DNA of 64,000 bases from Parcubacteria group bacterium Gr01-1014_20 (GTDB lineage: Bacteria; Patescibacteriota; Minisyncoccia; UBA6257; 2-01-FULL-56-20), in NCBI GenBank assembly GCA_007376265.1, contig VMFW01000001.1:2455-66454 (forward strand). The letters run 5' to 3'. A program made the position numbers and the translations under genes. The notes beneath the pieces are model-generated. The model had not been told where the DNA came from. It saw only the letters and a program-made list of their open reading frames with translations, and searched no databases. Shown one piece after another: positions 56,295 to 64,000 of the stretch (positions within the stretch are counted from its first letter, which is position 1; every line of letters begins with the position of its first letter).

Positions 56295-58268
56295 ATGAAT
56301 AACATCCTACCCATTGCGCTCTCCTTGGTTTCGATAGCTTTTGGTTTGTTTTTGATTTTTCTTATTAAACGTTATCCGGCTGGAGACAGTAAGATTTTAG
56401 CGATCAGAGACGCGATTAAGGAGGGATCCAAAACTTACTTGAAACGACAGAACAAAACTGTTTTTTGGGTGGCATTGATAATCGCAGTTATTTTGTGGAA
56501 GGTTCTGAGTGGCGCGGCGGCCTTAGGATTTCTTTTGGGGGCTTTTGCTTCGGCTTTGGCGGGCTACTTAGGGATGATGACGGCGGTTGACACCAACTCG
56601 AGAACAACTGAAGCCGCCAAAAAAGGATTAGGCGAGGCTTTTCGGGTGGCTTTTTTGGGAGGATCGGTGACGGGATTTTTAGTCGTGGGTTTAGGACTTT
56701 TAATAGTCGGAGCTTTTTACATTTTTTTGCCGGCCGGGAATATTCAACCTTTGGTTGGTTTAGCGTTCGGGAGTTCGCTTATCTCTGTGTTTGCCCGCTT
56801 AGGGGGTGGAATTTTTACTAAGGCGGCTGATGTCGGAACGGATCTAGTGGGTAAGGTTGAGGCTGGAATTCCGGAGGACGACCCTCGAAATCCGGGAGTG
56901 ATTGCTGATAATGTTGGCGATAACGTCGGTGATTGCGCTGGGATGGCAGCTGACCTTTTTGAAACTTATGCGGTCACGCTTACGGCGGCCATTCTTCTTG
57001 GGACCGCCAGTCTTTCTATAGAACAGGTATCTTTTCCTCTGGCGCTTGGAGGAATGGCGATTGTAGCTTCTATTTTGGGAAGTTTCTTTGTGAGGGTCGG
57101 GAAAAGCGGCTCAATTATGGGCGCGCTTTATAAGGGACTAATAATTTCGCTCTCGGTGTCGGCGGTTTTGTTTTACTGGGCCGCTAAAATTTACTTTCCG
57201 GAAAATTATCTGAACATTTTCTTTGCGAGTTTAGTGGGTTTGGCGGTAACAGCGTTAATGGTTTGGGTGACCGACTACTATACTGCTAAAAAATACCGGC
57301 CAGTAAAAAGTATCGCCGAAGCCTCAAAGTTTGGACATGGAACGAATATTATCATGGGGCTTTCAGTCGGAATGGAATCAACTTTCCTCCCGATCTTGAT
57401 AATTGTTTTGGGAATTTTGTCAGCCCATGCTTTTGCCGGTCTTTATGGAATTGCGGTCGCCGCGACGGCGATGTTATCGGTGGCGGGAATTATTGTGGCG
57501 ATCGATTCTTTCGGGCCAATTACGGATAACGCCGGGGGGATAGCGGAGATGACGGGGGCGCCCGAGTCGGTTCGGGAGACAACCGATGCGCTCGATGCGG
57601 TTGGAAATACCACTAAGGCAATTACAAAGGGTTACGCTATCGCTTCGGCTGGGCTTGCGGCCATAGTTTTATTTTCTGGTTACATTGAGGAGCTTGTGGC
57701 TTCTGGGAAGACGGTGGTTTTTGAGCTTCAGGACCCTCAGGTTATTGTGGGGCTTTTTCTTGGAGCATCAATCCCGTTTCTTTTCGCCTCAATCGCCATG
57801 AAGGCGGTGGGTAAGGCGGCCGGATCTTTAGTGGCTGAGATTCGTCGACAGTTCAGAGAAATTAAGGGGTTAATGGAGGGGACGGCAAAACCGGAATATG
57901 GGAAGGCCGTTGATATTGTGACTCGGTCGGCTTTGAAAGAGATGATAGTTCCTGCGCTTTTGCCAATCGTTTCCGTGCTTGCGGTTGGTTTTTTTATGGG
58001 AGCGAAAGGGGTGGGAGGATTTTTAATCGGGAGTATTGTTTCCGGTCTTTTTGTGGCGATTTCAATGACTTCGGGCGGAGCGGCTTGGGATAACGCTAAA
58101 AAATTCATTGAAAGCGGGAACTTTGGCGGGAAGGGATCGGAGGCCCATAAGGCAGCCGTGACCGGAGACACTGTTGGTGACCCCTACAAAGATACAGCCG
58201 GACCAGCGATTAATCCTTTGATCAAAGTGATCAACATTGTGGCGTTGCTTCTAGTGCCATTTTTGTAA
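56295..58268 (+). CDS. hppA: Membrane pyrophosphatase, probably K+-independent H+-translocating
   Basis: [32 protein letters not shown] (Lys indicates the K+-independent type), [10 protein letters not shown]. Confidence 0.95.
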   Translation: MNNILPIALSLVSIAFGLFLIFLIKRYPAGDSKILAIRDAIKEGSKTYLKRQNKTVFWVALIIAVILWKVLSGAAALGFLLGAFASALAGYLGMMTAVDTNSRTTEAAKKGLGEAFRVAFLGGSVTGFLVVGLGLLIVGAFYIFLPAGNIQPLVGLAFGSSLISVFARLGGGIFTKAADVGTDLVGKVEAGIPEDDPRNPGVIADNVGDNVGDCAGMAADLFETYAVTLTAAILLGTASLSIEQVSFPLALGGMAIVASILGSFFVRVGKSGSIMGALYKGLIISLSVSAVLFYWAAKIYFPENYLNIFFASLVGLAVTALMVWVTDYYTAKKYRPVKSIAEASKFGHGTNIIMGLSVGMESTFLPILIIVLGILSAHAFAGLYGIAVAATAMLSVAGIIVAIDSFGPITDNAGGIAEMTGAPESVRETTDALDAVGNTTKAITKGYAIASAGLAAIVLFSGYIEELVASGKTVVFELQDPQVIVGLFLGASIPFLFASIAMKAVGKAAGSLVAEIRRQFREIKGLMEGTAKPEYGKAVDIVTRSALKEMIVPALLPIVSVLAVGFFMGAKGVGGFLIGSIVSGLFVAISMTSGGAAWDNAKKFIESGNFGGKGSEAHKAAVTGDTVGDPYKDTAGPAINPLIKVINIVALLLVPFL

Positions 58269-58356
58269 GATAACTTGGTAAATTGCAATTCGTGACAAAT
58301 TGGTTGGGTTTTTGTAAAATATGTTTGTCGCAGGTTGTCGGTAATAAATTAAGAAC

Positions 58357-58941
58357 ATGAATCTAATCCCAACCGTAATCGAAAAAAGTGGGCGAGGGGA
58401 GAGGGCTTATGACATTTACTCCCGTCTGCTCAAGGAGAGAATAATTTTTCTGGGCGGACCAATAGTGGATGCGGTAGCAAACTCGGTGATTGCTCAGCTT
58501 TTGTTCTTAGAGCACGAGGACAGCAAAAAGGATATTAAGCTTTACTTAAACACCCCAGGCGGGTCGGTGACGGCGGGGCTCGCAATTTATGACACGATGC
58601 AATATGTAAAGCCCGACGTGCAGACGATTTGCGTGGGAATGGCCGCTTCAATGGGCGCGGTTCTACTTGCCGCCGGGAAAAAAGGTAAGCGGTTTTCCTT
58701 GCCCAATGCAGAGGTTTTGCTTCACCAGGTGATGGGTGGAGTGGAGGGTCAGGCCATTGAAGTTGAAATCACCGCTCGGCACATTATTAAAATCAAGGAC
58801 AAAATTAACCAAATCCTAGCTAAGCACACAGGGAAACCAATTGGGAAGATAGAAAAAGACACGGATCGAGATTTTTACATGACTCCACTTGAGGCGAAGG
58901 AATATGGTTTGGTTGATGAGATTATAAAAAATAATCGGTAG
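58357..58941 (+). CDS. clpP: ATP-dependent Clp protease proteolytic subunit
   Basis: [23 protein letters not shown]. Confidence 0.98.
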   Translation: MNLIPTVIEKSGRGERAYDIYSRLLKERIIFLGGPIVDAVANSVIAQLLFLEHEDSKKDIKLYLNTPGGSVTAGLAIYDTMQYVKPDVQTICVGMAASMGAVLLAAGKKGKRFSLPNAEVLLHQVMGGVEGQAIEVEITARHIIKIKDKINQILAKHTGKPIGKIEKDTDRDFYMTPLEAKEYGLVDEIIKNNR

Positions 58942-58964
58942 GTTTTACTCGAAAAGGCCTTGAT

Positions 58965-58989
58965 AAAAACCGCCGATTGGGCGGTTTTT
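58965..58989 (+). terminator. Intrinsic terminator
   Basis: AAAAACCGCC-gattg-GGCGGTTTTT. Confidence 0.7.
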
Positions 58990-59007
58990 GTGATAGAATT
59001 TTAGAAT

Positions 59008-60204
59008 ATGGAATCTGACCGGGAAAAAAATATAAAACAGGTTTTAGAAAGAAACGTTCAGGATGTCATTGAGCGAGGACATCTTCGCCAGGCTTTGCTT
59101 AGCGGTAAAAAGCTAAGAATTAAGCACGGGATTGATCCGACGGGTGACAAAATTCACATTGGGCGCGCGGTAGTGCTTTGGAAACTCAAAGAGTTTCAAG
59201 AGTTGGGGCATAAGATTGTTTTAATTATCGGAGATTTTACGGCTCAGATTGGAGACCCATCGGATAAACTTTCAAAGCGACCGTTTCTCTCTAGCACCGA
59301 GATTAAAAAGAATTTGAAGAATTATCTTCCTCAGATTGGAAAAATTTTGAATTTGAAAAAGGTGGAGGTGAGATACAACAGTGAGTGGCTTTCGAAGCTT
59401 GACTTTCGAGAGGTTTCGGAACTCGCGGAAGTATTTTCGGTTCAGCAGATGGTGAAGCGGCGTAACTTTGCCGAGCGGTGGGAGAAGGAAGAGGAGATAA
59501 GCTTAAGGGAGTTTTTTTATCCATTGATGCAGGGGTACGATTCAGTGGCGGTTAAGGCGGATTTGGAGTTAGGTGGTACGGATCAACTCTTCAACCTAAT
59601 GGCCGGGAGAAAGATTCAGGAATATTACGGTCAGAAACCGCAGGACGTAATGACCGCCAAGATGCTTTTGGGGACAGACGGTCGGAAGATGAGCACGAGC
59701 TGGGGGAATGTAATCAACATTATTGACTCTCCGAGGGAGCAGTTCGGGAAAGTAATGTCAATGAAGGACGAGAGTATTCTCGAGTACTTTGCTTTGGCAA
59801 CCGATGCTTCCACAGACGAAATTAGAGAAGTCGAAGCAGAACTGAAAAAATCCAACCCTAAAATAGTTAAAGAGAAGTTGGCGACTAGAATTGTCGAAAG
59901 GTACCACGGAGGAGAGGCGGCCTTAAAAGCGAAGGCGGATTTTGAGAAGGTTTTTTCTAAGAGAGATTTTTCGGGCCCGTTGCCGGTTTTAGGAATTCCA
60001 AAGTCTGGTTTTCAGATTTTGGAGTTGGTGATGATTTCCGGGGTAGTAACAAGTCGAAGTGAAGCGAGAAGACTAATAGAGCAGGGCGGGGTGGATGTGG
60101 ACGATGAGAATGTATCCGACCCAAAAACTGAGAAAGTTTTTAAGGGAGGAGAAGTTTTGCGGGTGGGAAAGAAAAGTTTTTTTAAAGTTCAGATTGTGAA
60201 GTGA
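59008..60204 (+). CDS. tyrS: Tyrosine--tRNA ligase
   Basis: GIDPT..KIHIG, YPLMQGYD, GGTDQ, KMSTS, C-terminal S4 domain. Confidence 0.97.
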   Translation: MESDREKNIKQVLERNVQDVIERGHLRQALLSGKKLRIKHGIDPTGDKIHIGRAVVLWKLKEFQELGHKIVLIIGDFTAQIGDPSDKLSKRPFLSSTEIKKNLKNYLPQIGKILNLKKVEVRYNSEWLSKLDFREVSELAEVFSVQQMVKRRNFAERWEKEEEISLREFFYPLMQGYDSVAVKADLELGGTDQLFNLMAGRKIQEYYGQKPQDVMTAKMLLGTDGRKMSTSWGNVINIIDSPREQFGKVMSMKDESILEYFALATDASTDEIREVEAELKKSNPKIVKEKLATRIVERYHGGEAALKAKADFEKVFSKRDFSGPLPVLGIPKSGFQILELVMISGVVTSRSEARRLIEQGGVDVDDENVSDPKTEKVFKGGEVLRVGKKSFFKVQIVK

Positions 60205-60281
60205 GGATTGCAGCCCCGTTCGACTCCATTTACCCGGAACTAAATTAATATGACAGTTAGTAATATTAATTTGGTTAGCAG

Positions 60282-60352
60282 AGCGGGTAAGGGGAGTCGA
60301 ACCCCTGTCATCAGCTTGGAAAGCTGAGGTAATGCCGTTATACGATACCCGC
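60282..60352 (-). tRNA. tRNA-Gly(TCC)
   Basis: GCGGGTA/TACCCGC acceptor, TCAGC-TTTCCAA-GCTGA anticodon arm, GGTTCGACTCC. Confidence 0.95.
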
Positions 60353-60442
60353 AGTTTGGTTTAATTTAGCAAGTTTTCTCTAAAACTCAAAATAATTGAC
60401 TGGTTACTTGTGTTAAATTAGAATGGTTCTGAGATAAATAGG

Positions 60443-61039
60443 ATGAAAAAATTACCCCATAAGGTAAAACTTTTCTTGGTTTTCGCCGCCGTTGTTTTCG
60501 GCGGTTATTTGGCTATAACGCTGGCGGGTTCTTTTGGCGGGGGGGTGCCAGCGGCTTTTTCGGATGCTAGAATGCAGGGAGCCCTGATTGCCCAAAACAT
60601 AGTCGATGTTTCGAACCAATCGGTGACTGACCTTGAAAAAATCAGCGCGCTTGATAAGTCCGGCAACTTTACGGAGGCGCTAAACGAAATAACCGCCATG
60701 GTTGGTAGGAGTCAAGAAATTAGAAATCATGCAGTTGAGTTATCGACGGAACTTGAAAAGATGACTCGGTCACTTTCAGAGGTAAAATCTTTCGAGGCTA
60801 GGCAGGCGGCACTAGAAGCAATTGGGAATCATTTGTCGATGATTAGCAGACTCATAAATTACAGCGCGTATTTAGGGGGGTTACTCGAGGTACTCCGAAA
60901 CAGATTTCTGGGCAATTTTTCAGATAACGTGCGAGTTGTGGACATCATTACCCAGATCAATATAGAGGTAAAATCAATAAACGATTTAAATATTCAGGCA
61001 AAGTCTGCTATTCAAAGATTTGACGAGTTGGTGCGTTGA
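60443..61039 (+). CDS. Membrane-anchored helical/coiled-coil hypothetical protein
   Basis: N-terminal TM followed by amphipathic helices. Confidence 0.7.
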   Translation: MKKLPHKVKLFLVFAAVVFGGYLAITLAGSFGGGVPAAFSDARMQGALIAQNIVDVSNQSVTDLEKISALDKSGNFTEALNEITAMVGRSQEIRNHAVELSTELEKMTRSLSEVKSFEARQAALEAIGNHLSMISRLINYSAYLGGLLEVLRNRFLGNFSDNVRVVDIITQINIEVKSINDLNIQAKSAIQRFDELVR

Positions 61040-61072
61040 TTGGAGGTAGTTTTGGTAAGCGATAAGTGTTTT

Positions 61073-61144
61073 CGGCCCGTAGCTCAGTGGCAGAGCAAGC
61101 GTCTTATAAGCGCTGGGTCGCAGGTTCGATCCCTGCCGGGCCGA
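61073..61144 (+). tRNA. tRNA-Ile(TAT)
   Basis: CGGCCCG/CGGGCCG acceptor, AGCGT-CTTATAA-GCGCT anticodon arm (TAT at 61105-61107), GGTTCGATCC. Confidence 0.9.
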
Positions 61145-61149
61145 CAGAT

Positions 61150-62988
61150 TTAAACCGAGACCGGTTTTATCTTGAAGGGTTTGATGATGCTGTAGAAATC
61201 TTCTTGTTCCAGGGTTTCTCGCTCTATCAGGGCTTTCGCGACTGAGGCGAGAGCTTTTTTGTTGCTCACAATAATCTTTTTAGCGGTTTCGTAGCTTCGA
61301 GTGATAAAATTTTTTACTTCCTCGTCAATCTTTTCGGCCACTTTTTCCGAGTAGTTTTTTTCGGACGAGATTTCTCTCCCCAAGAAAATCAACTCATCCG
61401 TCTTACCAAAGGTGAGCGGCCCGAGAACTTCGCTCATGCCGTATTTGGTAATCATTTTCCTTGCGAGAGCAGAGGCTTCTTTAAGGTCGCTCGAGGCTCC
61501 AGTTGATATGTCGTTAAACTGAACTTTTTCAGCGATCATGCCAGCGAGCATAACGGCTAAGTCGTTTAGGAATTGAGTTTTAGTTCGTAGGTGCTGTTCT
61601 TCAAGGGGAAGTTTCATGGTGTAGCCGCCGGCAGTGCCGCGACTCACTATCGAAACTTTGTGGACGGGATCAGAATCCTTGAGAGAGGCGGCGACAAGCG
61701 CGTGACCCCCTTCATGGTAAGCGGTAATTTCTTTCTCTTTCACAGAGATGATCCGATTTTTTCTTTCGGGACCCAAAATCACTTTTTCAATAGAAGAGTA
61801 TAGATCTTCCTGTTCTATGATTTTTTGATTTTTCCTGGCGGCTAAGATGGCGGATTCGTTAGTGAGGTTGGCCAGGTCGGCGCCCGAAAAGCCCGGAGTG
61901 CGAACGGCGATTTTTTTTAAGTCAACTTTCGGCGATAAAGGTTTGCCCCGGACGTGAATTTTTAGGATTTCTTCTCGATCCTTGATGTCGGGCATATCAA
62001 TGACTACTCGTCGGTCAAATCGGCCTGGGCGAAGCAGGGCTGGGTCGAGAATGTCGGGTCGATTGGTAGCGGCAAGAACGATGATTTTTGTATCCCGGTC
62101 AAAGCCATCGAGCTCGACTAAGATTTGATTTAGAGTTTGCTCCCGCTCATCGTTGCCCCCACCCATACCGGCGCCTCTCTGGCGGCCAACGGCGTCGATT
62201 TCATCAACGAAAAGGATGGCTGGAGCAGCGCGTTTGGCGACGGCGAACGCGTCTCGAGTGCGCGAGGCGCCAACACCGACGAACATCTCAACGAATTCTG
62301 AGGCCGAAATGTTGAAAAAGGGAACGTTGGCTTCGCCGGCAACAGCTCGGGCGAGGAGGGTCTTGCCGGTACCGGGCATGCCCACCAATAGAACGCCTCG
62401 GGGGATTCTGGCTCCTAGCTCAAGAAATTTTTTAGGACTTTTAAGAAACTCGACGACCTCCATCAACTCTTCCTTGGCTTCTTTGCAACCCGCCACGTCG
62501 TTGAAGGTGATTTTTTCTTTCGCTAAGTTTGATAGACGAACACCGGAGCGGCCGAAGTTGAAAGCCTGATTGACGCCCGTTCGGGCCTGACGAAACATTA
62601 ACCAGAAGATAGCGCCGATAAAAATAACCGGTAGGAGAGTAGGGATTAAAATACCCGCCCAAAATTGCCAGCCTGACGGCTCCTCTATTTCAAGTTGAAC
62701 TTTTTGAAGGGCCGCCTGATCGACGGCTAAGTTTTTTAGGGTTTCGGTGAATCCAGATTCAGCTTCTTTTTTTGATTTGGCTTCGGTGCCATCGCTTAAA
62801 GTGACTTTAATGCTCTCGCCACTGATTACAATTGTTTTGACTTCTCCGGCGTTAATTTTCGCTACCAACTCGTTGATATTGATTTCTTTTGGTTTGGTTG
62901 TGCCACTTTCGATGAGGGATGAGAAAACTAACGAGATAACAATTAAAGTGACGAGGGACCAGATGATGTTTTTTGTGAAATTAGACAT
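61150..62988 (-). CDS. ftsH: ATP-dependent zinc metalloprotease FtsH
   Basis: Two [30 protein letters not shown]; likely start ATG 62988 rather than 63057. Confidence 0.97.
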   Translation of the reverse strand: MSNFTKNIIWSLVTLIVISLVFSSLIESGTTKPKEININELVAKINAGEVKTIVISGESIKVTLSDGTEAKSKKEAESGFTETLKNLAVDQAALQKVQLEIEEPSGWQFWAGILIPTLLPVIFIGAIFWLMFRQARTGVNQAFNFGRSGVRLSNLAKEKITFNDVAGCKEAKEELMEVVEFLKSPKKFLELGARIPRGVLLVGMPGTGKTLLARAVAGEANVPFFNISASEFVEMFVGVGASRTRDAFAVAKRAAPAILFVDEIDAVGRQRGAGMGGGNDEREQTLNQILVELDGFDRDTKIIVLAATNRPDILDPALLRPGRFDRRVVIDMPDIKDREEILKIHVRGKPLSPKVDLKKIAVRTPGFSGADLANLTNESAILAARKNQKIIEQEDLYSSIEKVILGPERKNRIISVKEKEITAYHEGGHALVAASLKDSDPVHKVSIVSRGTAGGYTMKLPLEEQHLRTKTQFLNDLAVMLAGMIAEKVQFNDISTGASSDLKEASALARKMITKYGMSEVLGPLTFGKTDELIFLGREISSEKNYSEKVAEKIDEEVKNFITRSYETAKKIIVSNKKALASVAKALIERETLEQEDFYSIIKPFKIKPVSV

Positions 62989-63073
62989 GATGTTTCTGAT
63001 TGTATGCCAAAATTTGAATTTTGAAAAGACGGGGGGCCTTCCCGTCTTTTCTTCCATCCGTTTTTAAGTTCAA

Positions 63074-63367
63074 TTACTTCTTTTTGGCGGCAGCTAGAAA
63101 GTCCTTCATTTCTCTCACTAACCCCTCCATTTCCTCATTTCTAACTTCGTCTAGATCGGAAACCTTGGCGCGTAGGAATTCGTCCACTTTGGCGGCGTTG
63201 CCAATCTCAACTAGTTTGTCGAACTCTTTTTGGTCTTCGGCTGTGAGTCGATCGTAGACTCTGATTACGAGGCGTTTCAAGAGCGAGTCGGTGATTTGGA
63301 TAAGAATTTTTGACTTATCTTCTTCGTTTAAGTTTTCCAGGTCGAGTTCTTTGGTGATGTCGTTCAT
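63074..63367 (-). CDS. DUF5663-like CPR-specific small acidic protein
   Basis: LDLENLNEEDK..IL....L..RL...L..EDQKEFDKL pattern. Confidence 0.7.
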   Translation of the reverse strand: MNDITKELDLENLNEEDKSKILIQITDSLLKRLVIRVYDRLTAEDQKEFDKLVEIGNAAKVDEFLRAKVSDLDEVRNEEMEGLVREMKDFLAAAKKK

Positions 63368-63404
63368 GATTTTATGTTATCAGATTTGTTGTTTTCGACC
63401 AAAA

Positions 63405-63998
63405 TTATCTGGAAAAGCTGGCCATTTTGAGAAGCTTTTCGATGGTTAAGTTTTTAACGGATCGGCCGGGGAATAAGTTTCTCAAGATTTGGGCTAAGCC
63501 GCGCCGATGGCTGATTTCTGCGGCATCAATATTTTTTTCATCTGGGAAGTATTCGAATAGGTCTCGGCCGTAGCGTTTTAGGTATTCTCCAACTTTAAGA
63601 TCTTTAATTTTGGTGTATTCGGTTTCGGTGAGACCTGAAGAACCCCAGGCCTCATTGTAGTTTTCGATGGCGTGTTCGTGGAGGGGGTGATTTTGTAGGA
63701 AAACCAGTAGTTTTTGGAGGTAGGGTTGGTCAGGGTTGCGTTTGAGGGCTTGGGCGGTTTTCTTGATCAACTCTTCTTGATCTAGAAGGCAGTAGTTTTC
63801 TAGGGTGGTTTCGGCCTCGTGGGCGATGTTTTCAGGGATGATTTCGGCATGAGTATGGACGTGGGCGTGAGTTTCCGCAGAACTTGCGTCTGGTTTGATA
63901 TCGCTTGAGGGTTCCCTGATCACCGAATCGGTTGAGTGGGGTGTTGCATTGGTATCAGGAGTGTCTGTGGTGATATCTGGGAGCGAGTGGTATTCAAA
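63405..63998 (-). CDS. Hypothetical protein, C-terminal part (5' end beyond the window)
   Basis: Frame stays open from 63923 to the window edge. Confidence 0.65.
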   Translation of the reverse strand, partial: FEYHSLPDITTDTPDTNATPHSTDSVIREPSSDIKPDASSAETHAHVHTHAEIIPENIAHEAETTLENYCLLDQEELIKKTAQALKRNPDQPYLQKLLVFLQNHPLHEHAIENYNEAWGSSGLTETEYTKIKDLKVGEYLKRYGRDLFEYFPDEKNIDAAEISHRRGLAQILRNLFPGRSVKNLTIEKLLKMASFSR

Positions 63999-64000
63999 AC

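Noticed and set aside
740-62569. Numerous antisense and nested ORFs (e.g. 740-1306, 51597-52043, 57737-58171, 62153-62569)
   Set aside because: They are shadows of well-supported genes, with no motifs or expression signals.
1-64000. Alternative genetic code 25 (UGA=Gly) as in Gracilibacteria/SR1
   Set aside because: Genes are full length under code 11, and TGA ends virB4, tyrS and others at the expected positions.

Overview
A 64-kb chromosomal segment from a Patescibacteria (CPR) genome, most likely Parcubacteria. This rests on the gene content: a DUF5663 protein, a VirB4/PrgI/pilin cluster, IleRS with an inserted histidine-phosphatase domain and a membrane-anchored Clp ATPase. TGA acts as a stop codon, so the code is standard code 11. 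From left to right the window holds: a T4SS-like cluster (VirB6-like, PrgI, VirB4, pilin); jag-yidC-rnpA-rpmH / dnaA-dnaN; a class A PBP; ruvC-yebC-yraN / ruvA-murE; then housekeeping genes (infC-rpmI-rplT, ssrA, smpB, argS, ileS, trpS, rnj, nusA, hppA, clpP, tyrS, ftsH) and four tRNAs, interspersed with single accessory genes. The most notable unexplained signals are: (1) four copies of the perfect 16-bp palindrome TGTTTAGCGCTAAACA at 83-84 bp period between yraN and ruvA, matching parS at 12/16 positions; (2) an FCB/Bacteroidota-type sigma70 and an orphan ExbD that look host-derived; (3) two expression styles, with apparently leaderless core genes versus SD-led accessory genes; (4) tRNA-Ile with a UAU anticodon; (5) no apparent GC-skew switch at dnaA; (6) duplicated 3' ends at ssrA and tRNA-Gly; (7) small unannotated ORFs and in-frame repeat insertions. 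All product calls come from motif recognition by eye; no database search was run.
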